A DNA stretch of 60,830 nucleotides, filler included, from 7 parts of 7 records of this genome joined end to end with filler, not necessarily neighbours in it, one strand, 5' to 3'; numbered from the whole stretch's first letter, positions 41,663 to 51,941 are shown. Notes: generated by a model from the letters alone, not told the origin. A program made the numbers and translations.

Positions 41663-42465
41663 TACTGCACCCACCTGCGGACGTAGCCCGACGTATATTC
41701 GACGATCATGACGATGGCGATGATGATCAGCAGGATCGCCGCCGCCGAATCGAATTCGTAGCGATCGAAGGCGGTATTCAGCGTCGCCCCGATGCCGCCG
41801 CCGCCGACGATGCCGACGATGGCCGATTCCCGGAAATTGATGTCGAACCGGTAAAGCCCGAGCCCGATCATGCGCGGCATGACCTGCGGCTGGACGGAAT
41901 AGTTGAGCCACTGGAACCAGCCGCCGCCGGTCGCCTTGACCGCTTCGGCCTGAGCCGGGTCCATGTCCTCGATGTCCTCGGCCAGCAGCTTGCCGTAGAA
42001 GCCGACGGTGGCGACGCTGAGCGTGACGACCCCGGCGAACGGCCCGAAGCCGAACAGCTTGACGAAAAAGATGGCCAGAATGACTTCCTGGAAACTGCGG
42101 CTGACGGCGAGGATGCCCCGGCAGAACAGGTATACCGGGGCCGGCGCCAGGTTTTTGGCGGCGCCGAGCCCGACGGGAATGGAAATGGCAATGCCGATAA
42201 CCGTTGAGACCACGGTCATCCACAGGCTTTCGTAGATGCCGTCGAGGATGTCTTCGTAGCGCGAAACGAAATCGGGCGGGAAGAAGCCGGCCAGAAACTT
42301 CTGGCCGCGCGGCAATCCTTCGATCACCCGCGCCCAGTTGACCTCCATGGTTCCGAAGGCGATGGCCAGATAAATGGCGACGCCGAGACCGATCGCCCAA
42401 CGCAGGCGTGGATCCTTGATCAGCGGCGGCTTGTGCCAGTGCCGGACGGCCGTGTTCGTGGTCAT
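41662..42465 (-). CDS. phnE: Phosphonate/phosphate ABC permease
   Basis: EAVKATG and [21 protein letters not shown] motifs. Confidence 0.9.
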   Translation of the reverse strand: MTTNTAVRHWHKPPLIKDPRLRWAIGLGVAIYLAIAFGTMEVNWARVIEGLPRGQKFLAGFFPPDFVSRYEDILDGIYESLWMTVVSTVIGIAISIPVGLGAAKNLAPAPVYLFCRGILAVSRSFQEVILAIFFVKLFGFGPFAGVVTLSVATVGFYGKLLAEDIEDMDPAQAEAVKATGGGWFQWLNYSVQPQVMPRMIGLGLYRFDINFRESAIVGIVGGGGIGATLNTAFDRYEFDSAAAILLIIIAIVMIVEYTSGYVRRWVQ

Positions 42466-43331
42466 TCGGCGACCCCCAGACGAGCCGCCAACCGGGCTTC
42501 CTCTTCGGACAATTCTTCGAGGTCGTCGTCGACCTCGTCGTCGTCGACCTCGTCGTCGTCGCTGTCTTCGACCTTGCGGATGGTCGCCGACCAGTCCTCT
42601 TCGCCATAGATCTTGGTCAGATCGTCGGCTGTCATTTTTTCAGGCGGACCGTCGTAAACGATGGAACCCAGTTCCAGCCCGACGATGCGTTTCGAAAACA
42701 TCTGGGCCAGCAGAACATCGTGAATGTTGATGATCGCGGCCAGATGCCTTTCCTCGCACAGTTCGACGATCAAACGCATGATCTGCCGCGAGGTTTTGGG
42801 ATCGAGGCTGGCGGTCGGTTCATCGACCAGAAGCAGTTCCGGATCCTGGATCAGAGCCCGGCAGATGCCGACCCTTTGGCGCTGGCCGCCGGACAGTTCG
42901 TCGGCCCGCTTGTCGCACATGTGATCCAACCCGACCCGTTCCAGCAAGCGGAAGGCTTCGTCGATGTCGCTTTGCGGGAATTTTCGAAAATAGCTACGCC
43001 AGAAGCCGACATAACCGAGACGCCCGGACAGCACGTTTTCCATGACAGTCAGCCGTTCGACCAGGGCGTATTCCTGAAAAATCATGCCCATGCGGCGGCG
43101 CGCCTTGCGAAGCTGCCCGGCGCCGAGATGAGCCAGTTCGAGATCGCCCAGAAAAACCTTGCCCGAGGTCGGTTCGACCAGCCGGTTGATACAGCGGATC
43201 ACGGTCGATTTGCCGGCGCCCGAGGGACCGATCAAGGCCATCACCTGGCCGTCCGGCACTTCGAGGTCGATGCCCTTCAGGGCGAGATCGCCGGTCTTGT
43301 ACTGTTTCGTCAGTTTTTCCAGGCGTAACAT
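42462..43331 (-). CDS. phnC: Phosphonate ABC ATP-binding protein with an acidic C-terminal tail
   Basis: [26 protein letters not shown] and DEPTASLDP motifs. Confidence 0.92.
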   Translation of the reverse strand: MLRLEKLTKQYKTGDLALKGIDLEVPDGQVMALIGPSGAGKSTVIRCINRLVEPTSGKVFLGDLELAHLGAGQLRKARRRMGMIFQEYALVERLTVMENVLSGRLGYVGFWRSYFRKFPQSDIDEAFRLLERVGLDHMCDKRADELSGGQRQRVGICRALIQDPELLLVDEPTASLDPKTSRQIMRLIVELCEERHLAAIINIHDVLLAQMFSKRIVGLELGSIVYDGPPEKMTADDLTKIYGEEDWSATIRKVEDSDDDEVDDDEVDDDLEELSEEEARLAARLGVAE

Positions 43332-43435
43332 TCGGGGTGTCTCCGGAACGGCCGAATCGGCCTTGCAACAAAATGAATTCCGGCCCCCGCTACGCCACCT
43401 TGCGCACCGGGGACCGGATCAAGACGAATTGACGT

Positions 43436-44422
43436 CTATTTGCAGTCGTACGTGACGCCGTTGGCCGCGTCGATCTTGCGGATGACGGCCCAGTCGGACT
43501 TGTGATGGATCGAGATAAAGCGGTCGGCCTGTTTGCCGAACTCTTCCTCCAGTTTCGATCCCTTCCACGGGAAGGTGAAGAAAGCCTGCTTGATCTTGGC
43601 GACGACTTCGGGATGCAGGTTATGGGCATGCCCGTAACCGGTCGTCGGGAAGGTCTGCGACTTGTAGATCATCCGGTACTGGTCGGCCGTAATGACCTTG
43701 CGGTCGAGCATGCGGCCAAGAACCGAATTGGCGATCGCGGCGGCTTCATAGTCGTTGTTGGCGACGCCGAGAATCGAGTTGTCGTGCTTGCCGGAGAACG
43801 TCGTTTTGAAGTCCTTGTCGGCGACCAGCCCGAATTCGGCCTTCAACAACGCCGACGGCGCCTTGAAACCGGAATTGGAGGTCGGCGACGTGAAGGCCAG
43901 GGTCCTGCCCTTGATGTCGGCCGGCGACTGGATCGGGCTGTCGGCCGGAACGATGATTTCCATTTCGTAGCCGAACTTGCCGCCCGCCTTGGCCATCATT
44001 GCAAACGGCACCATGCCGGCGCAGCTGACCGCGACCGGGTTGCCGCCGGTGTTGACGCCGGCGATGTGCAGGCGGCCCGAGCGCATGGCTTCATACTGCG
44101 CGGCGTAGGACTGCACCGGGAAGAAGACCACTTCCTTGCCGGTGACCTTGGCCATGTGCGCGATGAAGCCGTCCCACACCTTCTGATAGACGGCCGGGTC
44201 TTCGACCGGCGTGTACGAGAAGATGATGGTATCGGGATTGACCCAATCCTTGGGATCGAGCGGCAGGTCGGCGACCAGGTCGTTGTCACGGTCGCAATAG
44301 AGCTTGTCCAAAGTGCCGCGCGGGCATTCCTCGGCAAAAGCCGAAGTGGATGCCGCAAGACCAACTGCCCAGGCAACGCCCAGCGCCGCCAGGGTGGTAA
44401 AAAGACCACGAGAAAATGTCAT
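43436..44422 (-). CDS. phnD: Phosphate/phosphite/phosphonate ABC substrate-binding protein
   Basis: Signal peptide, TSNSG..AP and FSGKHD motifs. First gene of the phnDCEE operon. Confidence 0.88.
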   Translation of the reverse strand: MTFSRGLFTTLAALGVAWAVGLAASTSAFAEECPRGTLDKLYCDRDNDLVADLPLDPKDWVNPDTIIFSYTPVEDPAVYQKVWDGFIAHMAKVTGKEVVFFPVQSYAAQYEAMRSGRLHIAGVNTGGNPVAVSCAGMVPFAMMAKAGGKFGYEMEIIVPADSPIQSPADIKGRTLAFTSPTSNSGFKAPSALLKAEFGLVADKDFKTTFSGKHDNSILGVANNDYEAAAIANSVLGRMLDRKVITADQYRMIYKSQTFPTTGYGHAHNLHPEVVAKIKQAFFTFPWKGSKLEEEFGKQADRFISIHHKSDWAVIRKIDAANGVTYDCK

Positions 44423-45168
44423 AGATTGCCCCCAACTGTTTGGCCGCAAGGCCGGTGAAGCCGTTAGGCCGTTTCCCTGTTTCAATCGTCCGGTCCGCCG
44501 GGCGGGCGGCAGAACGACGGTTCTTTAGATCGGTTCTGTTTGTCGTTTTTGTTACAATTTTTTTTCAGAAAAAACCTAGCCGTATCTATCGGTTGTGGCA
44601 AACGGATTTCTTGGATCAATTTCCGGTTACTCTCTAGCCTTACGACTTCGCCCGGGCCGGCCCGCCGCGGAAATGCCTCGGGAAGGCCAAAAATGACGAT
44701 TTCTCCGCCTCGCCGATTTTCGGCAACGCATTGATAAAAATGGCGAAATCCGATCCGGCACGAAAGAAATATCGTCATAGCTCGTCATCAATCGTCATTT
44801 TTCAGAATAGCCCTTTCCTTTCAGTGGGTTGGATGGCCACAACCGGGGCAGTTTCCGGCCCCCTTCGACCGCCGAAAAAGAAAAAAGTGATTATATACCT
44901 ATTTTATAGGAATTTCAACCAGTTTCGCCTCTCTCCGCCTTTTTGAGGGGAGAGAAAAAAGGGATCGGCCGCAATCCACAGGGCTTTTATTGAGGCATCC
45001 CGCACCATTGATGCCGGATGTTCACAAATCCAGATTTATTTGTGATTAAAATACAGAATGCCGTTCCTTGCGCGCATCCGGCGCCCGCCCATTTCATTTC
45101 GGTTCGCCGAAATCTGCGGACCCGCCCCCCCATAACGGGGCGTCATCGCGACCGGATGGAGAAGGTCA

Positions 45169-45410
45169 TGAAAAGCGTCGCCACATTGTTTGCAGCCGTA
45201 TTGCTCGCGTTCCCTGTTGCGGCCCAGGATATCGAAATCGAGGAAGGCATTGTCGAGGAAATCACGATCACGGTGAGCACAGACGAGGGAACCAAAACCT
45301 TCGTCGTCGACGAGGATGTCGACCTGGATGATGTCGCCGTCGGCGCCAGGGTCCGGTTCGTCCCCCTCGAAGACAAAATCGAGGTCCTCGAAGTGATGGA
45401 CGACGACTGA
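45169..45410 (+). CDS. Small acidic secreted protein (OB-fold-like, 80 aa)
   Basis: GGAGAAGG RBS, signal peptide MKSVATLFAAVLLAFPVAA, followed by a hairpin. Confidence 0.6.
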
Positions 45411-45417
45411 ACGATCC

Positions 45418-45439
45418 AGGGCGGCCGCAAGGCCGCCCT
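45418..45439 (+). terminator. Probable terminator hairpin
   Basis: AGGGCGGCC-GCAA-GGCCGCCCT; any U-tract is cut off by the spacer. Confidence 0.65.
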
Positions 45440-45539
45440 NNNNNNNNNNNNNNNNNNNNNNNNNNNNNNNNNNNNNNNNNNNNTTAATTAATTAANNNNN
45501 NNNNNNNNNNNNNNNNNNNNNNNNNNNNNNNNNNNNNNN
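45440..45539. other. Artificial contig spacer
   Basis: N44-TTAATTAATTAA-N44. Confidence 0.98.
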
Positions 45540-45736
45540 GAGGGTAATGGATTTCCCTTCGTTCCGGGGAAGGGAAGTGATCGTATAGTAAGGAATAAGC
45601 GACAAGGGAGGTCTCCGTAATTTTTCTTTTTTTCCGATACAAGAGAGTTAAAACAGGATACAATGGCTTTTAAAATCGTCTCTCCGGAGTAAGGATATCA
45701 TGTTCCTCCGGAAAACTGAATACGGAATGCCATGAG

Positions 45737-47605
45737 ATGACACTTCAGGAAAAAGCGGACGCTCTGAACGTCAGCCCCCACACACTCCGCAACTGGCGGA
45801 GGCGGGACGAATCCGAGAGTTCGGGCAGCGGCGATCTGACAAGCCGCGCCAACAAGCTAAACTCGCGCCGCCGCATCCTGCCGCTCGAACTCCTCGGCGA
45901 CAGCGACAACGCGCCCCTTCTGGCCGCCCTGACAGAGCGCCTGAAAGGCTGCGGCCTGTCCGTTCCGGGAGCCCTGCTCTTCTTTGTTCTGGAGTTTCTG
46001 GAGATAAAGGGAATCGCCGGCAGGGCATCGTCCCAGGACGGCGGGCCGAGCGCGGAGAATAGCCGGTCCCCCTCCGCGGGGCGCAGTCTCGAGAACAGGC
46101 TCCCCGCCTGCGACGCCCCCCGTCCCCTGAAGCGGATGCTTCTGGAATACCTGGAAAGCCTTTCCCCGGAGGACAGGAGCCGGCCCCTGCCCGCGACGCT
46201 CTTCGAAAGGGAAGAACTCTCTCTGTCGTCGGAGTACGACCTGCCCGGCCTGGTCTATCAGAGCCTCCGGCATGAGGGCAGCCGCTCCCGGCACGGCTCC
46301 TGGTTCACTCCCCTGCCCGTGGTCGACTCTCTCCTCCGCCCCCGCCTGAACGAAAATGCCCGGCTCTTCGATCCCTGCTGCGGCTCGGGGCTCTTCCTCT
46401 GCCGTTTCGCCGAACTCAAGGGCTCTTCCGAAGCGGTACGGGGCGTGGACAGGGATCCCCTGGCCGTCCTTCTGGCACGGATCAACCTCTACGTCCGCTT
46501 CCCCTCCGAGGCCAGCCTCAGGGCCGTCCGTCAGGGCGACAGCCTTAAGGAGGACGGCTGGGAGCTTGACGCCCGCACCCTGACCGCCACCAATCCCCCC
46601 TGGGGCGCCCACTTCGGCAGGACGGAAAAGAAGGAACTGCAAAAGAGATATCCCGAGATAGATTCGGGGGAGTCGGCCTCCTATTTCCTGGCCAGGGCCG
46701 TCCGGGAGATGCCCGAAGGCGGCCAGGCGGCCTTCCTCATCCCCCAGGCCCTCTTCTATGTAAAGGCCCACAGAGACATACGGGAGCTTCTTCTCAGCCA
46801 GGCCCCTCCCGAACAGGTCCGGGAATGGGGACGCCTGTTCAAGGGCGTATACAGCGAGGTGTTCTCCTGCCGCTTCACAAAGAAGGGGACACAGAGAAAA
46901 CTGAAGGTGCACCCCACTGGGGAGAGGCTGCCCCTCGTCCGTTTCCGGAGGGAGGAGAACAGGATCATCAACATCCACTGCGGAGCCGGGGACCAGGCGC
47001 TTGTCGAACGCCTGGAAGGAGGGAGGGTGCGGAATCTGCCCGAAGGCTGCCGCTGGCTGCTGGGAGTGGTCACAGGAGACAACGGACGCTTCGTCCATGA
47101 GACCGAGGGGCGGGACACCCTTCCCCTGCTGACGGGAAAGGAGCTCAGGCCCTTTGCCGCCGATCCCGTCCGACGCTATCTGACCGGAGATTTTCCGGCC
47201 CTTCAGCAGAGCCGGAAGCCCGAGGAGTACGGAGCGCCCAAGCTGGTCTACCGCTTCATCGGCCACAGGCCGGTGTTCTCTCTCGACCGCAAGGGCCTGG
47301 TCACGCTGAACTCGGCGAACAGCCTGATCCCCCCGGAAACGGGCGATCTGGAGGAGATGGTGTTCTGGTATAACTCGGCCCTGTTCCGCTTCCTCTGGCA
47401 CAAGAGATACCGCTCGGTCAAGATGCTCAGGCACCAGCTGGAATCCCTCCCCCTCCCCCTCTGGAATGAAAAGGAGGCAAGGGAGATCTCCTCCCTTGTC
47501 AAAGAGGGGGAAAAATTGCAGGATATGCCTCCCGAAGGAGACCGGCTTATCTTCCGGCACTTCAATATGAGCGAGAAGGAGATCCGGCTTGTCCTCGAAA
47601 GCTGA
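45737..47605 (+). CDS. Gamma-class N6-adenine DNA methyltransferase (TaqI-like) with an N-terminal HTH
   Basis: Motif X GSWFTP, motif I FDPCCGSGLF, motif IV NPPW. TaqI-C-like GVVTGDN...KLVYRFI...NSAN. N-terminal ADALNVSPHTLRNW. Confidence 0.85.
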   Translation: MTLQEKADALNVSPHTLRNWRRRDESESSGSGDLTSRANKLNSRRRILPLELLGDSDNAPLLAALTERLKGCGLSVPGALLFFVLEFLEIKGIAGRASSQDGGPSAENSRSPSAGRSLENRLPACDAPRPLKRMLLEYLESLSPEDRSRPLPATLFEREELSLSSEYDLPGLVYQSLRHEGSRSRHGSWFTPLPVVDSLLRPRLNENARLFDPCCGSGLFLCRFAELKGSSEAVRGVDRDPLAVLLARINLYVRFPSEASLRAVRQGDSLKEDGWELDARTLTATNPPWGAHFGRTEKKELQKRYPEIDSGESASYFLARAVREMPEGGQAAFLIPQALFYVKAHRDIRELLLSQAPPEQVREWGRLFKGVYSEVFSCRFTKKGTQRKLKVHPTGERLPLVRFRREENRIINIHCGAGDQALVERLEGGRVRNLPEGCRWLLGVVTGDNGRFVHETEGRDTLPLLTGKELRPFAADPVRRYLTGDFPALQQSRKPEEYGAPKLVYRFIGHRPVFSLDRKGLVTLNSANSLIPPETGDLEEMVFWYNSALFRFLWHKRYRSVKMLRHQLESLPLPLWNEKEAREISSLVKEGEKLQDMPPEGDRLIFRHFNMSEKEIRLVLES

Positions 47606-48182
47606 AATCAAACTGGTCGTATTCGCCGGTAATCCCGGACGGCAGTACGAAGAGACACGTCACAACGCGGGCTTTATGATCCTCCAGGCCCTGGAACGCC
47701 GTCACAGACTGGACTGGAGCGAAAAATTCGGCGGCAGATGGTCGACCCTCCGGATCGGCGCGGCCCAGGTCCGCCTGCTGAAACCCGACAGCTTTATGAA
47801 CAGGATAGGAGAACCCGCCAGAAAGGCCATGGACTTCTTCAACCTGAAAGCGGAAGAGGTCCTGCTGGTTCATGACGAGCTGGAACTGCCCTTCGGCACC
47901 CTCCACTTCCGCAAGGGCGGGGGACTGGGCGGGCATAACGGGCTGCGCTCGGTGAAACAGCAGCTGGGAACGGAGGGGTTCTACCGTCTTCGCTTCGGGA
48001 TCTCCCGCCCTCCCAGAGGAGACGTATCCTCCTGGGTTCTGGCCCGTTTTTCCCCCGGCGAACTCCCATTGATGGAAATTCTGACTGATCGATCAGAAAT
48101 AGTCCTTGAAGAAATCTTCAAGGGAGATCACAATGCAATCATCAATAAAAAAATGAACCTTCTGGAGGGGCCTCCCTTATGA
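47589..48182 (+). CDS. pth: Peptidyl-tRNA hydrolase
   Basis: GNPG..Y..TRHNAGF, FMN, HDEL and GGHNGLRS motifs. Confidence 0.95.
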   Translation: MSSKAEIKLVVFAGNPGRQYEETRHNAGFMILQALERRHRLDWSEKFGGRWSTLRIGAAQVRLLKPDSFMNRIGEPARKAMDFFNLKAEEVLLVHDELELPFGTLHFRKGGGLGGHNGLRSVKQQLGTEGFYRLRFGISRPPRGDVSSWVLARFSPGELPLMEILTDRSEIVLEEIFKGDHNAIINKKMNLLEGPPL

Positions 48183-48898
48183 GCCTAGAGAGTCAGACAG
48201 ATTTTGGAATTATCGCCGCCATGGAAGCCGAAGCGGCCGGCATGATCGCCCTTATGGAAAACAGGGAAGAAACGGTCATCGGTCCCTTCGTCTATCACAC
48301 TGGCAGTGTCCACGGCAAGAGGGTCTGCCTGCTTCAGTGCGGCATCGGCAAGGTCAACGCGGCCGTAGGCGCGGCTCTGATGATCCGCCAATGGAGCCCC
48401 CGCCATCTGCTGAACACCGGATCGGCCGGAGGATTTCACAGCGGACTCAGGATCGGAGACATCGTGCTCTCCCGGGAGGTGCTGCATCACGATGTGGATG
48501 CCGAGGTATTCGGCTACAAGCCCGGACAGGTTCCCCGCATGCCCGAATCCTTCGGGGGAGATTCCGCTCTTCTGGACTGCGCCCGTCCCCTGCGCTGCGA
48601 GGACGAATCGGTCAGGATCACAAGCGGCGTCATTGCCTCGGGCGACGCCTTTATCTCCAAACCCGAGCAGATCCGCAGGATACAGGAGGTCTTCCCCCAG
48701 GTGGCCGCTGCCGAGATGGAGGCCGCCGCCATAGCCCAGACCTGTCATCTTCTGAACACCCCCTTCCTGATCATCAGGTCCATCTCCGATGTGGTGGGGG
48801 ATGAGGATAATCATATGGCCTTCGACGAGTTTCTGCCCATAGCGGCGCGGAATTCCCTGGACATCGTCGGCAAGATCATCGCCGCGTTTTCACATTAA
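48179..48898 (+). CDS. mtnN: 5'-methylthioadenosine/S-adenosylhomocysteine nucleosidase (Pfs)
   Basis: GIIAAM..E, GIGKVNAA, SGDAF, EMEAAA and RSISD motifs. Confidence 0.95.
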   Translation: MSLESQTDFGIIAAMEAEAAGMIALMENREETVIGPFVYHTGSVHGKRVCLLQCGIGKVNAAVGAALMIRQWSPRHLLNTGSAGGFHSGLRIGDIVLSREVLHHDVDAEVFGYKPGQVPRMPESFGGDSALLDCARPLRCEDESVRITSGVIASGDAFISKPEQIRRIQEVFPQVAAAEMEAAAIAQTCHLLNTPFLIIRSISDVVGDEDNHMAFDEFLPIAARNSLDIVGKIIAAFSH

Positions 48899-48924
48899 AA
48901 ACCATTAATAGATAGGAGCGCTTT

Positions 48925-49404
48925 ATGGATAAGATTCCCAGTTTCTCGATCAATCACAACACCCTCTTAAGGGGTATATACGTCTCCCGCAAGGACAAGG
49001 TGGGAACGGATACGATCACGACCTTCGATATCCGAATGAAAGAACCCAACAGGGAACCGGTCATGGATACGGCCCCGCTCCACGCCCTGGAACACCTGGG
49101 CGCCACCTTCCTCAGAAACGACGAGGAGTGGAAGGACAGGATTATCTACTTCGGCCCCATGGGCTGCCGGACCGGCTGCTACCTCCTGCTGAGAGGGGAT
49201 CTGGAATCCGAAGAGATCGTCGACCTTGTCACCCGGATGTTCAGCTTCATCGCCGAGTTCGAGGGAGAGGTCCCCGGAGCGGCCCCCAGGGACTGCGGCA
49301 ACTGTCTGGATATGAATGCGGATATGGCCGCATGGGAGTCCAGGAAGTACCTGGATGAAATATTAAAAACAATTCAAAAAGAAAATCTGGTTTACCCGGA
49401 TTAG
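48925..49404 (+). CDS. luxS: S-ribosylhomocysteine lyase (AI-2 synthase)
   Basis: SF.INH, HALEH, GPMGCRTG and CGN motifs. Confidence 0.95.
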   Translation: MDKIPSFSINHNTLLRGIYVSRKDKVGTDTITTFDIRMKEPNREPVMDTAPLHALEHLGATFLRNDEEWKDRIIYFGPMGCRTGCYLLLRGDLESEEIVDLVTRMFSFIAEFEGEVPGAAPRDCGNCLDMNADMAAWESRKYLDEILKTIQKENLVYPD

Positions 49405-49422
49405 GCATTAGGAGATTATGAC

Positions 49423-50136
49423 ATGGCAGGCGCCCTGATCTACGATGACTACGAGCAATTCTGCAAACAGGTGGCGGAGCATATACTGGCGATACTGAAG
49501 ATAAGCCTCGTCCATAAGAAACGCTGCTCCCTGGTGCTCTCGGGCGGAAGCACTCCTGCGGGGATCTACCGCTATCTCAAGGATCACAGCGGAGACTTCA
49601 ACTGGGAGTACGTGGATTTCTTCGTCGGCGACGAACGCTGCGTCCCCGAGGATCACGAAGACAGCAACTACCGTATGATCAAGGAGTGCTTCAAGGAGGC
49701 TCTCGCCCCCGAAACGGGAGCGCGCCTTTACAAACCCGATGCCGGCCTCTCCCCCGAGGAAGCGGCCAAGGGCTATAACGAAACCATTCACGATTATCTG
49801 GAGAAGGAGGGGTCCTTCGACCTCGTCCTTCTGGGAATGGGGCCCGACGGCCATACGGCCTCCCTCTTTCCCGGTTATCCCGAGCTCGAGGAAAAGGCGT
49901 CTCTCGTGCTGGCCACGAAGGATGAGGCCCCCATGGAGCCTTATCACCGCCGGATAACCATGACCCTGCCCGCTCTCAACCGCTGTGACCATGTCCTCTT
50001 TCTGCTCCGGGGAGGAGAGGAAAAAAGACAGATCATGGATACGGTACTGAGAAACAGGAACAAGGGCGGAACGCCCTATCCCGTCCAGAGGGTCAGGCCC
50101 GAGTCGGGAAAGGCCTACTGGTATTTCAGCACATGA
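49423..50136 (+). CDS. pgl: 6-phosphogluconolactonase
   Basis: LSGGSTP, GDERCV, DSNY and LGMGPDGHTASLFP motifs. Confidence 0.93.
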   Translation: MAGALIYDDYEQFCKQVAEHILAILKISLVHKKRCSLVLSGGSTPAGIYRYLKDHSGDFNWEYVDFFVGDERCVPEDHEDSNYRMIKECFKEALAPETGARLYKPDAGLSPEEAAKGYNETIHDYLEKEGSFDLVLLGMGPDGHTASLFPGYPELEEKASLVLATKDEAPMEPYHRRITMTLPALNRCDHVLFLLRGGEEKRQIMDTVLRNRNKGGTPYPVQRVRPESGKAYWYFST

Positions 50137-51065
50137 GTGGCCGGCATAGAATACAGATCATAAAAAGGGCTTCCTGGATAGGTATTCTAGGCAACGGGAT
50201 CCTAGCCGTCCTGAAGGTGGGAGTCGGCATCTTAAGCGGCTCCATGGCCGTCATTGCCGACGGCATTGACTCCACCACAGACATATTCACCTCTATGATC
50301 ACCCTGATCACGGCCCGCATCATCAACGAGCCTCCCGACATGGAACATCCCTGGGGCCATACCCGGGCAGAGACCATCGCCACCAAGGGGCTCTCTTTTG
50401 TCATATTCTTCGCGGGGGCCCAGCTCTTTCTCTCCACGGGAAAACACTTCCTGTCGGGAGAGCTCCGGGAGCTTCCCGGCAAGACGGCCCTGATCGTGAC
50501 GGGGATATCCATCGCGGGAAAGATCTTTCTCACCCTTTACAAACACAATGCCGGGAAGAAGGCGGACAGCTCCATGCTCATCGCCGATGCGAAGAACATG
50601 CAGAACGATATCTACCTCTCCCTGGCCGTGCTGCTGGGCCTGACGGGAACCTATGTCCTGAACATGCCCTTCATAGACTCTCTCACGGGGTTCCTCCTGA
50701 GCCTCTGGATCATGAAGAGCGCCTGGGACCTGTTTATGGAGACCAGTATGGAGCTGATGGACAGCATGGCCGATCCATCGGTCTACAGAACCGTATTCGA
50801 GGCAGCCGCCGGAACCAAGGGCGTCGTCAATCCCCACAGGGCCCGGATCCGGAAGCTCAACACCCTCTACGACATCGATCTGGACATAGAGGTGGACGGG
50901 CAGCTGAGGGTGTGGGACGCCCACTCCATAGCCGCCGAGGTGGAGGCGAATATCAAGGCGGCCCTTCCGGATGTCTTCGACATCATGGTGCACGTGGAGC
51001 CGGTGGGCAATCTGGAACTGGGTGAGCAGTACGGCCTCTGTCCCGAGGACCTGGACAAGCCTTGA
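50133..51065 (+). CDS. Cation diffusion facilitator transporter (FieF-like)
   Basis: ADGIDS..D, PPD.EHPWGH...E, ADA and VHVEP motifs. Confidence 0.9.
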   Translation: MSGRHRIQIIKRASWIGILGNGILAVLKVGVGILSGSMAVIADGIDSTTDIFTSMITLITARIINEPPDMEHPWGHTRAETIATKGLSFVIFFAGAQLFLSTGKHFLSGELRELPGKTALIVTGISIAGKIFLTLYKHNAGKKADSSMLIADAKNMQNDIYLSLAVLLGLTGTYVLNMPFIDSLTGFLLSLWIMKSAWDLFMETSMELMDSMADPSVYRTVFEAAAGTKGVVNPHRARIRKLNTLYDIDLDIEVDGQLRVWDAHSIAAEVEANIKAALPDVFDIMVHVEPVGNLELGEQYGLCPEDLDKP

Positions 51066-51850
51066 CCCGCCGCGCCCTTTCGGACATGACCCTTTACCGC
51101 TGGCGCTCTCCGGTTCTGAAGGACCTGAACTGCGGTTGCGCCGCGGGGCTGCCCTTCGCCCTCCACAACCGCAGGGACCTGCCCGTCCAGGAGATCCTGG
51201 ATAACAGGCGACGGCTTTCAGAGGAGCTGGGAGTGAAGCGGGAAGACTGGATCTGCACCAGCCAGGTACACAGCGTCACGTCCCATATGGTTGGCCCCGG
51301 GGACAGGGGGAGAGGAGCTTTGAGCGCCCCGTCCGCCCTCCCCGACGGGGATGCCCTGATACTGAGCGAACCGGGCGTAAATACAATGATCTTTACGGCG
51401 GACTGCCTCCCCCTTCTCCTTTACGACCGCCGGCTGGGGGCCGCGGCCCTTGTTCACGCGGGCTGGCGGGGTACGGCCGGAGGGATAGCCCCATTGACGC
51501 TGAACAGGATGAGGGATGAGCTGGGCAGCCGGACGGAGGACATCTTCGCGGCGGCCGGTCCCTCCGTGGGTAGCTGCTGTTATCAGGTGGACCGTCCCGT
51601 ATACGACGGATTGACGCGGAGTTTCCCGGAAACGATAAGCTCCCTCCGGCCCGATCCTGCGTCCGGCGACGGGGAACGCTGGCGCCTGAATCTGGAAGAG
51701 GCGGTCTTTCTACAGCTGGAGCGGGAGGGCATGAAAAGGGATCTGATGGAGGGCAGCGGACTCTGCAGCTGCTGTTCCCATCCCGACCTTCCCTCCTGGC
51801 GGAGAGAGGGAGCCGCTTCGGGGCGGATGGCGACCTTCTTCTGCAGCTAA
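51062..51850 (+). CDS. pgeF: YfiH/PgeF family protein (peptidoglycan editing factor / purine nucleoside phosphorylase)
   Basis: QVHS, TADCLP, HAGWRG, GPS...CCY and SWRR motifs. Confidence 0.9.
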   Translation: MTRRALSDMTLYRWRSPVLKDLNCGCAAGLPFALHNRRDLPVQEILDNRRRLSEELGVKREDWICTSQVHSVTSHMVGPGDRGRGALSAPSALPDGDALILSEPGVNTMIFTADCLPLLLYDRRLGAAALVHAGWRGTAGGIAPLTLNRMRDELGSRTEDIFAAAGPSVGSCCYQVDRPVYDGLTRSFPETISSLRPDPASGDGERWRLNLEEAVFLQLEREGMKRDLMEGSGLCSCCSHPDLPSWRREGAASGRMATFFCS

Positions 51851-51941
51851 ACCCGCCGCGTCCCCCCGCGCAAAAGAAAACCCGGCACAGGGCCGGGATC
51901 TTATCATGAAGTTATTATCATAAAAGAGAGCCGTCGGCCCT

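Noticed and set aside
40847..42607. 586-aa fused PhnE ORF
   Set aside because: The N-terminal part is an off-frame overlap of phnC and the first phnE. The real gene starts at 41662.
44535..44560. Pho box upstream of phnD
   Set aside because: Only one good half-site is present, and the partner at 11-bp spacing is too degenerate.
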